Made by a program: the position numbers and the translations under genes. Source: a bacterium UBP6_UBA1177 (lineage in GTDB: Bacteria > UBP6 > UBA1177). From it: a DNA stretch of 54,750 bases. Of this stretch, positions 27,878-36,953 are shown piece after piece. Within the stretch, counting starts at the first letter, position 1; each line of letters opens with the position of its first letter. The stretch spans positions 5,643 through 60,392 of the forward strand of contig DBYV01000008.1 of the NCBI GenBank assembly GCA_002310995.1, in the 5' to 3' direction. The notes beneath the pieces are model-generated. The model ran no database searches and had not been told where the DNA came from. It saw only the letters and a program-made list of their open reading frames with translations.

Positions 27878-29167
27878 ATGAAAACAAAAACACTCATTTT
27901 AGGTGCCGGCCTCACCGGCTTGTCGGCTGCGTATCACGCGAAAGGAACTGATTTTATCGTTGTCGAGAAGAGTGATCATGTCGGCGGGATCTGCACGAGC
28001 GAGCATAAAAACGGCTTTATTTTTGACCGTACTGGGCATTGGTTTCACGTGAAAACATCCGAGGTTCGTTCACTGATGACGCGGCTTTTCGGGCAAAATA
28101 CAGTTGAAATCGAGCGCAAAACTTTTGTCTTTTCGCACAACGTTTTTACGCAGTATCCTTTCCAGTCTAACACTTTCGGTCTGCCGCCGCAGGTGATAAA
28201 GGAGTGCGTTTTGGGCTTTGTCAAAGCATACTACGAAAACGACAAGTCAAAGGCGAAGGAAAATTTCTACGAATGGTGCATGGCCTATCTCGGAGAAGGA
28301 ATTTCAAAGCATTTCATGATCCCTTACAACACGAAGATCTACACCGTCCACCCGAAGGATTACGCAAGCCACTGGTGCGACTATTATGTGCCGAAACCCA
28401 CGCTGGAGCAGGTGATAGAGGGTGCTGTGACCGCGCCGGAACAGAAAAATATCGGTTACAATGCAAAATTTTTCTATCCGAAGGAAAACGGTATCGGAGA
28501 ACTTCCGAAAAAGCTTTTTGATCTCTGTGAAAAAGAGAAATTCATCTTCAACGCAGAGCCTGTTTCGATAGATGCGGCGCAGAAAAAGGTGAAATTAAGC
28601 AACGGAATGGAAATCGTGTATGAAAAACTCATAAGCACGATCCCGCTCAACAAATTTCTGAAACTTCTGACCGATTCGGCAGAGCTTCCGGCTCGCGATA
28701 TCGCCGACAGAATGAAAATCGCGCATGTCAGCTATTTCAATGCCGCTTTCAAAAAGCCGTGCGGACATCCGGGACACTGGTTTTACATTCCGGAAGAAAA
28801 ATTCATGCCTTACAGAGTCGGTTCTTTTTCCAATATTTACAATAAGTTGGCTCCAGAGGGCAAAGGGAGCGCGTATATCGAATTCACCCATCAGGAAGAA
28901 AATATCGACACCGGACTTTTCTACAAAAAAAGCGTTGAACTCCTACTTGCGATGGGGCTCATCACTTCTGAAAACGACATCGAATTCATGGATTACCGCA
29001 AGATCGATGCCGGATACGTGATCTACCACAAAGAATACTTCGACGACATGGCTCTCATCGAAAAATGGTGTGCTCAGAACTCCGTCAGACTTGCCGGAAG
29101 ATACGGAAAATGGACCTATTCCGCGATGGAAGACGCCATTCTGGACGGAATGAAAGCGGTGAAATAA
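27878..29167 (+). CDS. FAD/NAD(P)-dependent oxidoreductase (UDP-galactopyranose mutase / protoporphyrinogen oxidase-like)
   Basis: GAGLTGLSAA, EK..VGG, FDRTGHWFH, F.YP..GIG, GRYGKWTYSAMEDAI. Confidence 0.8.
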   Translation: MKTKTLILGAGLTGLSAAYHAKGTDFIVVEKSDHVGGICTSEHKNGFIFDRTGHWFHVKTSEVRSLMTRLFGQNTVEIERKTFVFSHNVFTQYPFQSNTFGLPPQVIKECVLGFVKAYYENDKSKAKENFYEWCMAYLGEGISKHFMIPYNTKIYTVHPKDYASHWCDYYVPKPTLEQVIEGAVTAPEQKNIGYNAKFFYPKENGIGELPKKLFDLCEKEKFIFNAEPVSIDAAQKKVKLSNGMEIVYEKLISTIPLNKFLKLLTDSAELPARDIADRMKIAHVSYFNAAFKKPCGHPGHWFYIPEEKFMPYRVGSFSNIYNKLAPEGKGSAYIEFTHQEENIDTGLFYKKSVELLLAMGLITSENDIEFMDYRKIDAGYVIYHKEYFDDMALIEKWCAQNSVRLAGRYGKWTYSAMEDAILDGMKAVK

Positions 29168-29174
29168 GATCAAA

Positions 29175-29260
29175 ATATTGAAAAGTTGGTGTTTTTAACC
29201 AAAAAATATGTTGAAAAGTTGACTTTTTAAGCCAATAATTATATTGAAAAGTTGGTTTTT
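29175..29260 (+). repeat. Three direct repeats at exact 33-bp period, core TTGAAAAGTTG
   Basis: Core starts at 29178, 29211, 29244; units ATATTGAAAAGTTGGTGTTTTTAACCAAAAAAT / ATGTTGAAAAGTTGACTTTTTAAGCCAATAATT / ATATTGAAAAGTTGGTTTTT then RBS GAGGAGG. Confidence 0.92.
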
Positions 29261-29274
29261 CGAGGAGGTGAAGT

Positions 29275-30591
29275 ATGCTTTTCCGTAAAATTGAGGCCGT
29301 TATCGAAGCTCATTTGAAATCGGATTCGGATAAAATTCTGCTGATTGACGGGGCGAGACAGGTCGGTAAAACCTATATTATCCGCTATGTAGGAAAAAAA
29401 CTTTTCAAAAATTTCATAGAAATCAACCTTGCCGAGGATTTTATCGGCCGGAAGTTGTTTTACAAAGCGAAAAGTGTCGAGGATTTTTATCTCCAGTTGA
29501 GCATGGTTGCCGGAGACAGGATGCAGCAGCGCGAAAATACGCTGGTTTTTCTCGACGAGATCCAGGTTTATCCCCATCTTCTGACAATGCTCAAGTTTCT
29601 CTCGCAGGAAAGGCGTTTTACCTTCATCGCAAGCGGCTCTCTGCTTGGTGTCACGCTTTCGGAGACAAGTTCGATTCCTATGGGAAGTATCAGAAAAATC
29701 AGAATGTTTCCGCTTGATTTCGAAGAATTTCTCTATGCGAACGGCATGAACAGTTTTGCTGTTTCTATTCTCCGCGAGAAATTTGAGAAACTTGAAACTC
29801 TTGACGAGGCTGTTCATGAAAAAGTGCTGGATTTATTCAGAAAATATCTTTTAGTCGGCGGTCTTCCAGATGCTGTAAACACCTATATTTCGACATTCAA
29901 CATTCAGGCTGTGCGCGAAATACAGGCTGAAATCCACGAATACTACGCAGCAGACGCGTCGAAATATGATAGTGAAAGAAAGCTGAAAATCAGGCGCATC
30001 TACGACCTTGTTCCTTCAAATATGGAAAACAGGAAAAAGCGCATCATTGCCAAAGAAATAGAGAACAAAAAGGGGAAAATCTTCAGTGATTATCAGGATG
30101 AATTTGATTATCTCATCAGTTCCGGCATCACTTTGCCCGTTCAGGCGATATCGACCCCCGTTTTTCCGCTGATCGAGTCTTCCGGCAAAAACCTGCTGAA
30201 ACTTTATCTGAATGATGTCGGCATCTTAAGCGGCATTCTCTACGGCAGCAACATCCGCGCGGTTTTTGATGACGAAAGAAGTATCAATCTGGGAACGCTC
30301 TATGAAAGTGTTGTCGCGCAGGAACTTGCGGCGCACAAGCACAACCTTTTCTATTACGACAACCGCAGCAAAGGCGAGGTCGATTATCTGATCGACGATT
30401 ACGACTCACTTTCCGCTGTTCCGATCGAGGTGAAATCGGGTAGGGACTACACCATCCACAGCGCACTCAGCAACTTTGTTTCCAACGACGACTACAATGT
30501 GAAAAAGGCGTATGTTCTTTCAAACGAAAGAATCGTGACCCGAAAAGGCAAAATCATCTATCTTCCGGTCTATTTCGTGATGTTTTTCTGA
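29275..30591 (+). CDS. AAA_14-type ATPase with C-terminal DUF4143 / PD-(D/E)xK-like domain, copy 2
   Basis: DGARQVGKT, VFLDEIQ, ASGSL, PLDFEEFL, VGGLP, KLYLNDVG, GEVDYL...PIEVKSG. Confidence 0.9.
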   Translation: MLFRKIEAVIEAHLKSDSDKILLIDGARQVGKTYIIRYVGKKLFKNFIEINLAEDFIGRKLFYKAKSVEDFYLQLSMVAGDRMQQRENTLVFLDEIQVYPHLLTMLKFLSQERRFTFIASGSLLGVTLSETSSIPMGSIRKIRMFPLDFEEFLYANGMNSFAVSILREKFEKLETLDEAVHEKVLDLFRKYLLVGGLPDAVNTYISTFNIQAVREIQAEIHEYYAADASKYDSERKLKIRRIYDLVPSNMENRKKRIIAKEIENKKGKIFSDYQDEFDYLISSGITLPVQAISTPVFPLIESSGKNLLKLYLNDVGILSGILYGSNIRAVFDDERSINLGTLYESVVAQELAAHKHNLFYYDNRSKGEVDYLIDDYDSLSAVPIEVKSGRDYTIHSALSNFVSNDDYNVKKAYVLSNERIVTRKGKIIYLPVYFVMFF

Positions 30592-30594
30592 GGT

Positions 30595-31821
30595 TTAGTT
30601 GTTGATTTTGTAGGAAAGGAGCTCTTTATAAAGTTCAAAATATTCATCAGCCATTTTTTCTTTAGCAAATTTTTTACTTGCTTCAACCGCATTTTCTGAC
30701 ATTTTTTCTCTTAAATTGTAATCATCAAGAAGTTTTTCAAGAGCGGATGTGAGCATTTCCACGTTTTTATACTCGACAATAAATCCGGTTTTGTTGTTTT
30801 CAACGATCTCGGGAACTCCGCCGGTTTCAAAAGTGACTACTGGAAGTCCGCACGACATTGCTTCAACAATTGTCATTCCGAATGTTTCTGCCAAAGTAGG
30901 GAAGAGATAGATATCTGCTGCGGAATAGAGCATAGCCATGGTGTTGGTTTCTTTTACATATCCGAAATCAAGCCAGTTTTCTGAATTTTGACCGCTTTCT
31001 CCACCAATATTTAAGAATAGAATATCATTTCGGTTTTTTAGTTGTTTAAAAGATTGGAAAACAAATTCTCCACCTTTAAACGGATTTTTTACTCCGCCGT
31101 TGGCGGAAAAGAGAACGATTTTTTTATCTTTGGGCAGTTTGAGTGCTTTTCTTGCTTCGGATTTATCTGCTTTTGTGAAATTTTCAAGGTCGATCCCGTT
31201 GTAGATCAGGCGTATATCTTTGTTTTTTAAAAAACTTTGCTCAACGCATTTTTTCAGCCAGAGTGACGGAGTGACGATCGTGAAATCGGCTAAGTTATAG
31301 ATTTTGTTTTTGTAATTCCAAAGAGCACTTGTTCTATCTTTTTTGATTGAAGGATAAATATCCAGCCTTTCACAGTTTCCGCATCCTGTTTTCCATTTTT
31401 CACACTCAAAAGAGTGTGCGCAGTGCCCTGTAATCGGGAACATATCGTGAAAAGTCCAGACAATTGGAGCAATTTTTGAAAGTTTCGGCAAAAGATTTGT
31501 CTGGAAATATCCACCGTGAATATTGTGAAGGTGAATTAAATCCGGCTCGAACCCAGAGGCATATTTTAGAATTTTTGATGATGAAATAGGGATGAAATAA
31601 TATTGAAATCCAAATAAGTCGCTGAATTTACTAAAACATTTTTCTAAAAACCAAACCGGCTTTGATCGTGTTGCAATGACATTGTTTTTGTTGGAAAACT
31701 TTTCTGAAACCAAAAAATTGATTTCCGCCCCATGTTTTTCAATCAGCAGTCCAGAGAGGTTGTTGGCGAGCAGGGCGGCTCCTCCTTTAATATCGGCAGT
31801 ACTTATAAAAAGAATTTTCAT
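30595..31821 (-). CDS. Glycosyltransferase family 4 (WcaC-like)
   Basis: HLHNIHGGY, WTFHDMFPITGHCAH, ETFGMTIVEAMSCGLP. Confidence 0.9.
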   Translation of the reverse strand: MKILFISTADIKGGAALLANNLSGLLIEKHGAEINFLVSEKFSNKNNVIATRSKPVWFLEKCFSKFSDLFGFQYYFIPISSSKILKYASGFEPDLIHLHNIHGGYFQTNLLPKLSKIAPIVWTFHDMFPITGHCAHSFECEKWKTGCGNCERLDIYPSIKKDRTSALWNYKNKIYNLADFTIVTPSLWLKKCVEQSFLKNKDIRLIYNGIDLENFTKADKSEARKALKLPKDKKIVLFSANGGVKNPFKGGEFVFQSFKQLKNRNDILFLNIGGESGQNSENWLDFGYVKETNTMAMLYSAADIYLFPTLAETFGMTIVEAMSCGLPVVTFETGGVPEIVENNKTGFIVEYKNVEMLTSALEKLLDDYNLREKMSENAVEASKKFAKEKMADEYFELYKELLSYKINN

Positions 31822-32738
31822 GCTTTTCTTCTTAAAATTATGAGCCAGTTTTTAATTTTGCGGCGTAGGATGTCTTTCAAACCGTATTTGTAATTTGATG
31901 CCAATAAGTTGTTGATTCTGTTGTCAAAATCCAATTTTTTCGGAAAGTTGAAATCAACTGAGGAAAGATCTTCTGAAACTACAAAGTTGCTTTTTTTCAC
32001 ATTGCCGCAATGAGTTCCGCTACCGTCAAGACCGATATTTTCAACAAAAGTTTTTGTCGGAAAAACGGTATATTTATCTTTCAAGGCATTATCTGCATAA
32101 AACCGTATGGCCCAGGAATCAATAAAACCTTCCATCTGTAATTTCAATAAATAAGGAGCATCTTGTCCGCCAAGCTGCAGTTTTTTCCAAAGTTTCCGGT
32201 CTTTTTTTATCTTTTCCCATTGCAGCATATCCCAATCAACATCGTTCCAGCGGTCTTTCCATGTTCCCCAGCCCCAACTCGAATTTCTGTAAGCTAAAAA
32301 CAGAAAATCCTTGCAGATTTCAGCCATTCTTTCATTAGGAACAAACCCTGAAACGCAGTATATCCGCTTGTCATTTTCATATCTGTTCAGTGCTTCGTTC
32401 ATAAATTCAAGGAAGTTTGGTGCTGTGAGGATATCATCCTCTATGATTATCGCTTTCCCGTGCTCGTTTATGACCTTTGTGATGCCTGAAATTATGGAAT
32501 CTGCGCATCCGATGTTGGTTTCGGCTTCGGTGACTATAACTTCTTTAAAACCATCGATTTCATTGATAATTTCTCGAACTTTGTTCACGTTTTCGAAGTC
32601 TTTTTCCTTCTTTGCGGCATCGGAAAAAACATAAAGAAGAGAATCTTTTGCAAGAGTATTTTTTTTCAGTGCATTTAGCACCGTTTCCGTGTGTTGCGGA
32701 CGGTTGTAAACAAAAAAAACTATCGGCGCGAAAGTCAT
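31818..32738 (-). CDS. GT-A fold glycosyltransferase
   Basis: APIVFFVYNRP, IIIEDD, SSWGWGTW, DSWAIR, NIGLDGSGTH. Confidence 0.85.
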   Translation of the reverse strand: MTFAPIVFFVYNRPQHTETVLNALKKNTLAKDSLLYVFSDAAKKEKDFENVNKVREIINEIDGFKEVIVTEAETNIGCADSIISGITKVINEHGKAIIIEDDILTAPNFLEFMNEALNRYENDKRIYCVSGFVPNERMAEICKDFLFLAYRNSSWGWGTWKDRWNDVDWDMLQWEKIKKDRKLWKKLQLGGQDAPYLLKLQMEGFIDSWAIRFYADNALKDKYTVFPTKTFVENIGLDGSGTHCGNVKKSNFVVSEDLSSVDFNFPKKLDFDNRINNLLASNYKYGLKDILRRKIKNWLIILRRKA

Positions 32739-33653
32739 TTATTTGCCCCCAAGTTTCTTATCCATTTCAAAATATCCTTTCCGGTATGCGATTTTTTCCT
32801 TCAGCAGAACAGATTTTGTCGTTAGTTTTTTTGAAAAAATATCTATAAAGAAATCTGCAACAATCATGGAAAAATAAGTTAAGTATTTGAAATAATGGCT
32901 GAAAAAAGGTTTTCTGCCAAAGATGAATCTTGCTGTCATCCCCATTTTTTTGGCTCTTTCTTTTCTTTTTTCAATATCGTAATTGTTGCTGTTCATCCTG
33001 TGATAGATGACAATTCCCGGGTTATAATACAGTTTGAATCCTGCATTTTTTGCCCGTTGGCAGAGATCGGTGTCTTCACCCATCATCAAAAAACCATCTT
33101 TCATGTCGAAATCATTGGAAAATCCATTCAGGTTTCCCAAAACTTCTTTTTTGAAAGCGATATTTCCTCCTGCAAGATAACAATCCTGTCTTTGATTTAA
33201 CAATCCTTTGGGCCGGTTTTTGTTTGTTCCGCCCATTGAATCTGTGAACCAGTCTGGCGGAGTTTCATCATATTTAATTTCATAAATTCCGCCGATAATA
33301 TCAGGTTTCTCTTCTATTTGAAAATCCTTTTCGATACTTTCAAGCCAGTTAGGTGCGGCAATTTCGTCATCATCAATAAATGCAATTATATCTCCTGAAG
33401 CTTGTTTCCAGCCGCAGTTGCGCGGTGCCGAATATCCGATAGTTTTTTCTCTCAAGTATTTAATATTAATACTATTTTTTACAAATTCTTTTGCAACAGC
33501 TTCGGTGTTGTCAGTTGAATTATTGTCAACAATTATTATTTCAAAGCGGTTTTTATTGATGGTTTGGTTGATTAGAGAATCAACGCAGTCAACCAGAAGA
33601 GTAGCGCGGTTGTGAGTACATATTATAACTGAAATTTTAGGTGTTTCTGTCAT
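32739..33653 (-). CDS. Glycosyltransferase family 2
   Basis: SVIICTHNR, VDNNSTD, FIDDD, GEDTD. Confidence 0.9.
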   Translation of the reverse strand: MTETPKISVIICTHNRATLLVDCVDSLINQTINKNRFEIIIVDNNSTDNTEAVAKEFVKNSINIKYLREKTIGYSAPRNCGWKQASGDIIAFIDDDEIAAPNWLESIEKDFQIEEKPDIIGGIYEIKYDETPPDWFTDSMGGTNKNRPKGLLNQRQDCYLAGGNIAFKKEVLGNLNGFSNDFDMKDGFLMMGEDTDLCQRAKNAGFKLYYNPGIVIYHRMNSNNYDIEKRKERAKKMGMTARFIFGRKPFFSHYFKYLTYFSMIVADFFIDIFSKKLTTKSVLLKEKIAYRKGYFEMDKKLGGK

Positions 33654-33659
33654 TTTTCC

Positions 33660-34673
33660 TCAAAACTTTATTAAAGCCCTAACAAAAAGCCTGCAATTAT
33701 CCTTCAAAGAGAGTTTTTTGCAATACAAGACTGATTTGAAAAATATTCCAAGTATTTTTAGTCCGTTATAGGTTGATTTTCGGCATGCCTCAAACCAGTA
33801 TTTTTGTATGACTCCATTAACAGCTTTTTTATCAAAATAATTATTCTTTGATAACAAATTTTTTAATGAAATCAGCGAGCTTTCAATCTCTGCAATTTCT
33901 TCTAAAGCGATTTTTGATGTTTTCTTTGCTTTCCTCAGATCTTTAATCGTATTTTCTTCAAGTTTTATTCCGAGTCTTTCGGCATGTTCTTTAATGACCT
34001 GAATGGAAAGTTGTTCCATTTTTTCGGTATTGCTTTTTGAAAGACCCTTCGAATTTATCCGGTATTTCACTAGAAATTTGGCGATGTTGGCGATTTCAGA
34101 ATATTCCGAAATTTTTGAATAGAGATCAAAATCTTCTGCTACGGGGAATTTCGAATCATAAAAATCCTGAGGCAGACGACTTTTTCTTATCATGACGGAT
34201 GAGCTCAAAAAAGGAGAGTGGAAAAATAACTCAATTTTTAGTTTTTGAGGATCTGTTTCAAACTGCCATTTTCTAATTTTATTGCCGTTTTCGTCTATTA
34301 TTATCGGAAATGCTCCCGCCATTCCGATTTCAGGATGCGCTTCCAAAAAATTTATCTGTTTTTCCAATCTTTTTTCAAATGCAATGTCATCGCTGTCAAG
34401 CCAAGCAATATACTTGCCTTTTGAAAGGCTTATCAGCTTGTTCCGTGACTCCACGACCCCGAGATTTTTTTCATTCTGATAAACTTTTATGCGCGAATCT
34501 TGTTGTTCAAAATTTTTAATAATCCTAGAACTTTTATCTGTTGAGGTATCGTCAAGAATCAAAAATTCAAAATCCTTAAAAGTCTGGTTCAGAATGCTTT
34601 CTATCGCTTCTGCGACAAAAAGCTCGGAATTGAAAACCGGCATTAAAACTGAAAGGATTGGTGTTTTATCCAT
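33660..34673 (-). CDS. Glycosyltransferase family 2
   Basis: SVLMPVFN, LDDTSTD, WLDSDD, AEDFDL. Confidence 0.9.
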   Translation of the reverse strand: MDKTPILSVLMPVFNSELFVAEAIESILNQTFKDFEFLILDDTSTDKSSRIIKNFEQQDSRIKVYQNEKNLGVVESRNKLISLSKGKYIAWLDSDDIAFEKRLEKQINFLEAHPEIGMAGAFPIIIDENGNKIRKWQFETDPQKLKIELFFHSPFLSSSVMIRKSRLPQDFYDSKFPVAEDFDLYSKISEYSEIANIAKFLVKYRINSKGLSKSNTEKMEQLSIQVIKEHAERLGIKLEENTIKDLRKAKKTSKIALEEIAEIESSLISLKNLLSKNNYFDKKAVNGVIQKYWFEACRKSTYNGLKILGIFFKSVLYCKKLSLKDNCRLFVRALIKF

Positions 34674-35430
34674 AAATTTTCACTCCCATTTTACGAAGTC
34701 TGCGCCGTATAAGCTGATAGAGCCAAGAGGAGTAAACAAAGGTTTCAAAAGAAGAATAAAAATGTTTTTGGATAATTGTTCTTTCTTCTTTCACAAGATC
34801 TGTTGCGGTGGAACTTATACCGGAAATGTCGTAATATGCGGCAGTTATCGGCAGATGTTCTTTTTTAAGACTTTTGTCTGCCATGATTTTTAAAAGCATT
34901 TCATAATCAGCTGTAAGTTTGAATTTTTCATTGAATCCGCCGAATTTTTCAATAACGCTTCTTTTATAGAAAGATGCCTGATGGCAGATGCAGTCTCTGA
35001 AAAGAAAGTATTTATCAATCTGATTAAATTTTTTAATTTTTGTTTCGGATAAGTTGTCGGAATAACAAGTTAGAATGTCGGTATATAAAAAATCTAAATC
35101 ACTTCCATCAAACTTTTTCAGTACCAAAGAAATAACTTTTTCATCAAAAAGTTTGTCTCCGGCATTGAGGAAATAAACGATTTCCCCGCTCGTCATTTGG
35201 ACGGCTTTATTCATTGCGTTGTATATTCCTGAATCGGGCTCACTTAACCATTTTATCGGATATTTATTTGAATATTGCTTAATAATTTCAACTGTTTTGT
35301 CCTTAGAGGCTCCGTCAACGACAATATATTCAATGTTTTCGCAGAAACAGTTCTGCGCCACAACGCTGAGAAGCGTTCTTTCTATCGCGTTTTCAGCGTT
35401 TTTACAGACTGTGATGATTGAAATTTTCAT
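34666..35430 (-). CDS. Glycosyltransferase family 2 (WcaE-like)
   Basis: SIITVC, VDGASKD, SEPDSGIYNAMNK, FLNAGD, HQA. Confidence 0.9.
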   Translation of the reverse strand: MKISIITVCKNAENAIERTLLSVVAQNCFCENIEYIVVDGASKDKTVEIIKQYSNKYPIKWLSEPDSGIYNAMNKAVQMTSGEIVYFLNAGDKLFDEKVISLVLKKFDGSDLDFLYTDILTCYSDNLSETKIKKFNQIDKYFLFRDCICHQASFYKRSVIEKFGGFNEKFKLTADYEMLLKIMADKSLKKEHLPITAAYYDISGISSTATDLVKEERTIIQKHFYSSFETFVYSSWLYQLIRRRLRKMGVKIYG

Positions 35431-35465
35431 TTCAAAAGCTCTAATAACACAATATCTTGCAATAA

Positions 35466-36953
35466 TTATTTTTTACATTTACCGACTTTATATAAAGTGC
35501 CGTCTTTTGTTTCTATTACTTTTTCTATTTCACAATATTTTTTGTGTTCCTTATAAGAATAAGACAATGAAGATGGGATGTTAAAAAATATCAGAAAACT
35601 TCTTTCAAAATCTGAGTATCTTAAGTTCAAGATTCGAGCTGCATCAATCTTTCTGTCAACCAAAAATAATGCAAAAGGGTCGTTGGAAAAAACAGTGTCT
35701 GCAGGGTGGATAATATCTTGATTTTTTAAATAAGAAACAAGTTCGTTTTCTTGCCAAAAAGTGGAATGATATCCATATATTCCATGACTTTTTCTATAGT
35801 TTGTGTCACGTAAAGTGTTCACAATAGAGGCAATTAGTATAAGTAAAGATAGTCCTGATAAAATGTTGAATAAAAATCGGTTTTTGCTGTTCGGCGTAGT
35901 TAATATATTGCAAGATGAGAAAGTAAAATATGCAATAATTAGAGCAAAAGGAAATATGGGGGCCATCAATCTGTCATCTATCAAATTGTAGGCAGTAGTT
36001 GTGGAAGAAATAATAATAAAAACAGAATAAACTAGTATAAAACAAAAAGAAAATTTGACGGTTTCAGGCAGTTTAACGCAAGAGTGAATCAAAGATGTGA
36101 AATTCATGTTGTGTCTTGCAAGAATAATATATAAATATGCTCCCAGAACTAACAATAAAAAAGCAAACAAAAATGAGTAGGAACCATTAAACCATGATGT
36201 AACGGTGGAAAAAGCTCTGTTACAATTGGAAATTAATCCAGTGTTAGAGGTTGATCTTGGTCCCATCAAAGTTTTGCTAAAATAATAATTTCTGGCAAGG
36301 TAAATAATGTAAGTTAAGGTAGGAATAGAGGCATAACAAAAGCATTTCTTGATTTTTTCGGCTAATTCTATTTTTTGAATGAAAATATACAGACATACTG
36401 TCACAACAATTGTGACTCCGGCATATCGAGAGAGAATCGCCAAGGAAGTCAACAAACCACATAGAATCATGTGCTTATAATCTGTTTTTGTTAAAGAAAA
36501 AACAATTAATAATAGAATAAAAATAAATAATGGTTCACTCCATGCAAAAGAAAAAACAAAATTAAATGGAATAGACCATGGTATAAAAAATCCAAAAACA
36601 ATAGAAAATTTCTGGGAAATTCTTTTAAGCAGTGTAATTGTAAAAAGACAGCAAAAGAATATCAAACAGCAATTAAGGTGTCTTGCAAAAATTACAGGAT
36701 CTAAATTCAATGTTTTTGAAAAGACAGCAACTATAATCGGATACAAAGGTGGCCAGTTGGCATCATTATTGGTGATGATGAATTTTATCCCGTTATCCAA
36801 AATATTTTGAGACCATTTCATATAAACCGTTGAATCTGGAGACAAATTGATTCCATATTTTGCGGTCTGGATACATATCAAAAAAGCTGAAAGTAGTGAA
36901 ACGAGGAAAGAAATGATATAAAATAAAATATAATATTTCGTTTTGATTTTCAT
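35466..36953 (-). CDS. Polytopic membrane protein, GT-C (ArnT/PMT-like) glycosyltransferase candidate
   Basis: SPDSTVY, WPPLYP, WSEPLF, RYAG motifs; many TM segments; very AT-rich. Confidence 0.7.
   Translation of the reverse strand: MKIKTKYYILFYIISFLVSLLSAFLICIQTAKYGINLSPDSTVYMKWSQNILDNGIKFIITNNDANWPPLYPIIVAVFSKTLNLDPVIFARHLNCCLIFFCCLFTITLLKRISQKFSIVFGFFIPWSIPFNFVFSFAWSEPLFIFILLLIVFSLTKTDYKHMILCGLLTSLAILSRYAGVTIVVTVCLYIFIQKIELAEKIKKCFCYASIPTLTYIIYLARNYYFSKTLMGPRSTSNTGLISNCNRAFSTVTSWFNGSYSFLFAFLLLVLGAYLYIILARHNMNFTSLIHSCVKLPETVKFSFCFILVYSVFIIISSTTTAYNLIDDRLMAPIFPFALIIAYFTFSSCNILTTPNSKNRFLFNILSGLSLLILIASIVNTLRDTNYRKSHGIYGYHSTFWQENELVSYLKNQDIIHPADTVFSNDPFALFLVDRKIDAARILNLRYSDFERSFLIFFNIPSSLSYSYKEHKKYCEIEKVIETKDGTLYKVGKCKK

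Noticed and set aside
26420-29260. The two 33-bp-period arrays as CRISPR arrays
   Set aside because: Conserved cores are only 9-14 bp, there are three units each, the period is far below the usual CRISPR unit length, and no cas genes are present
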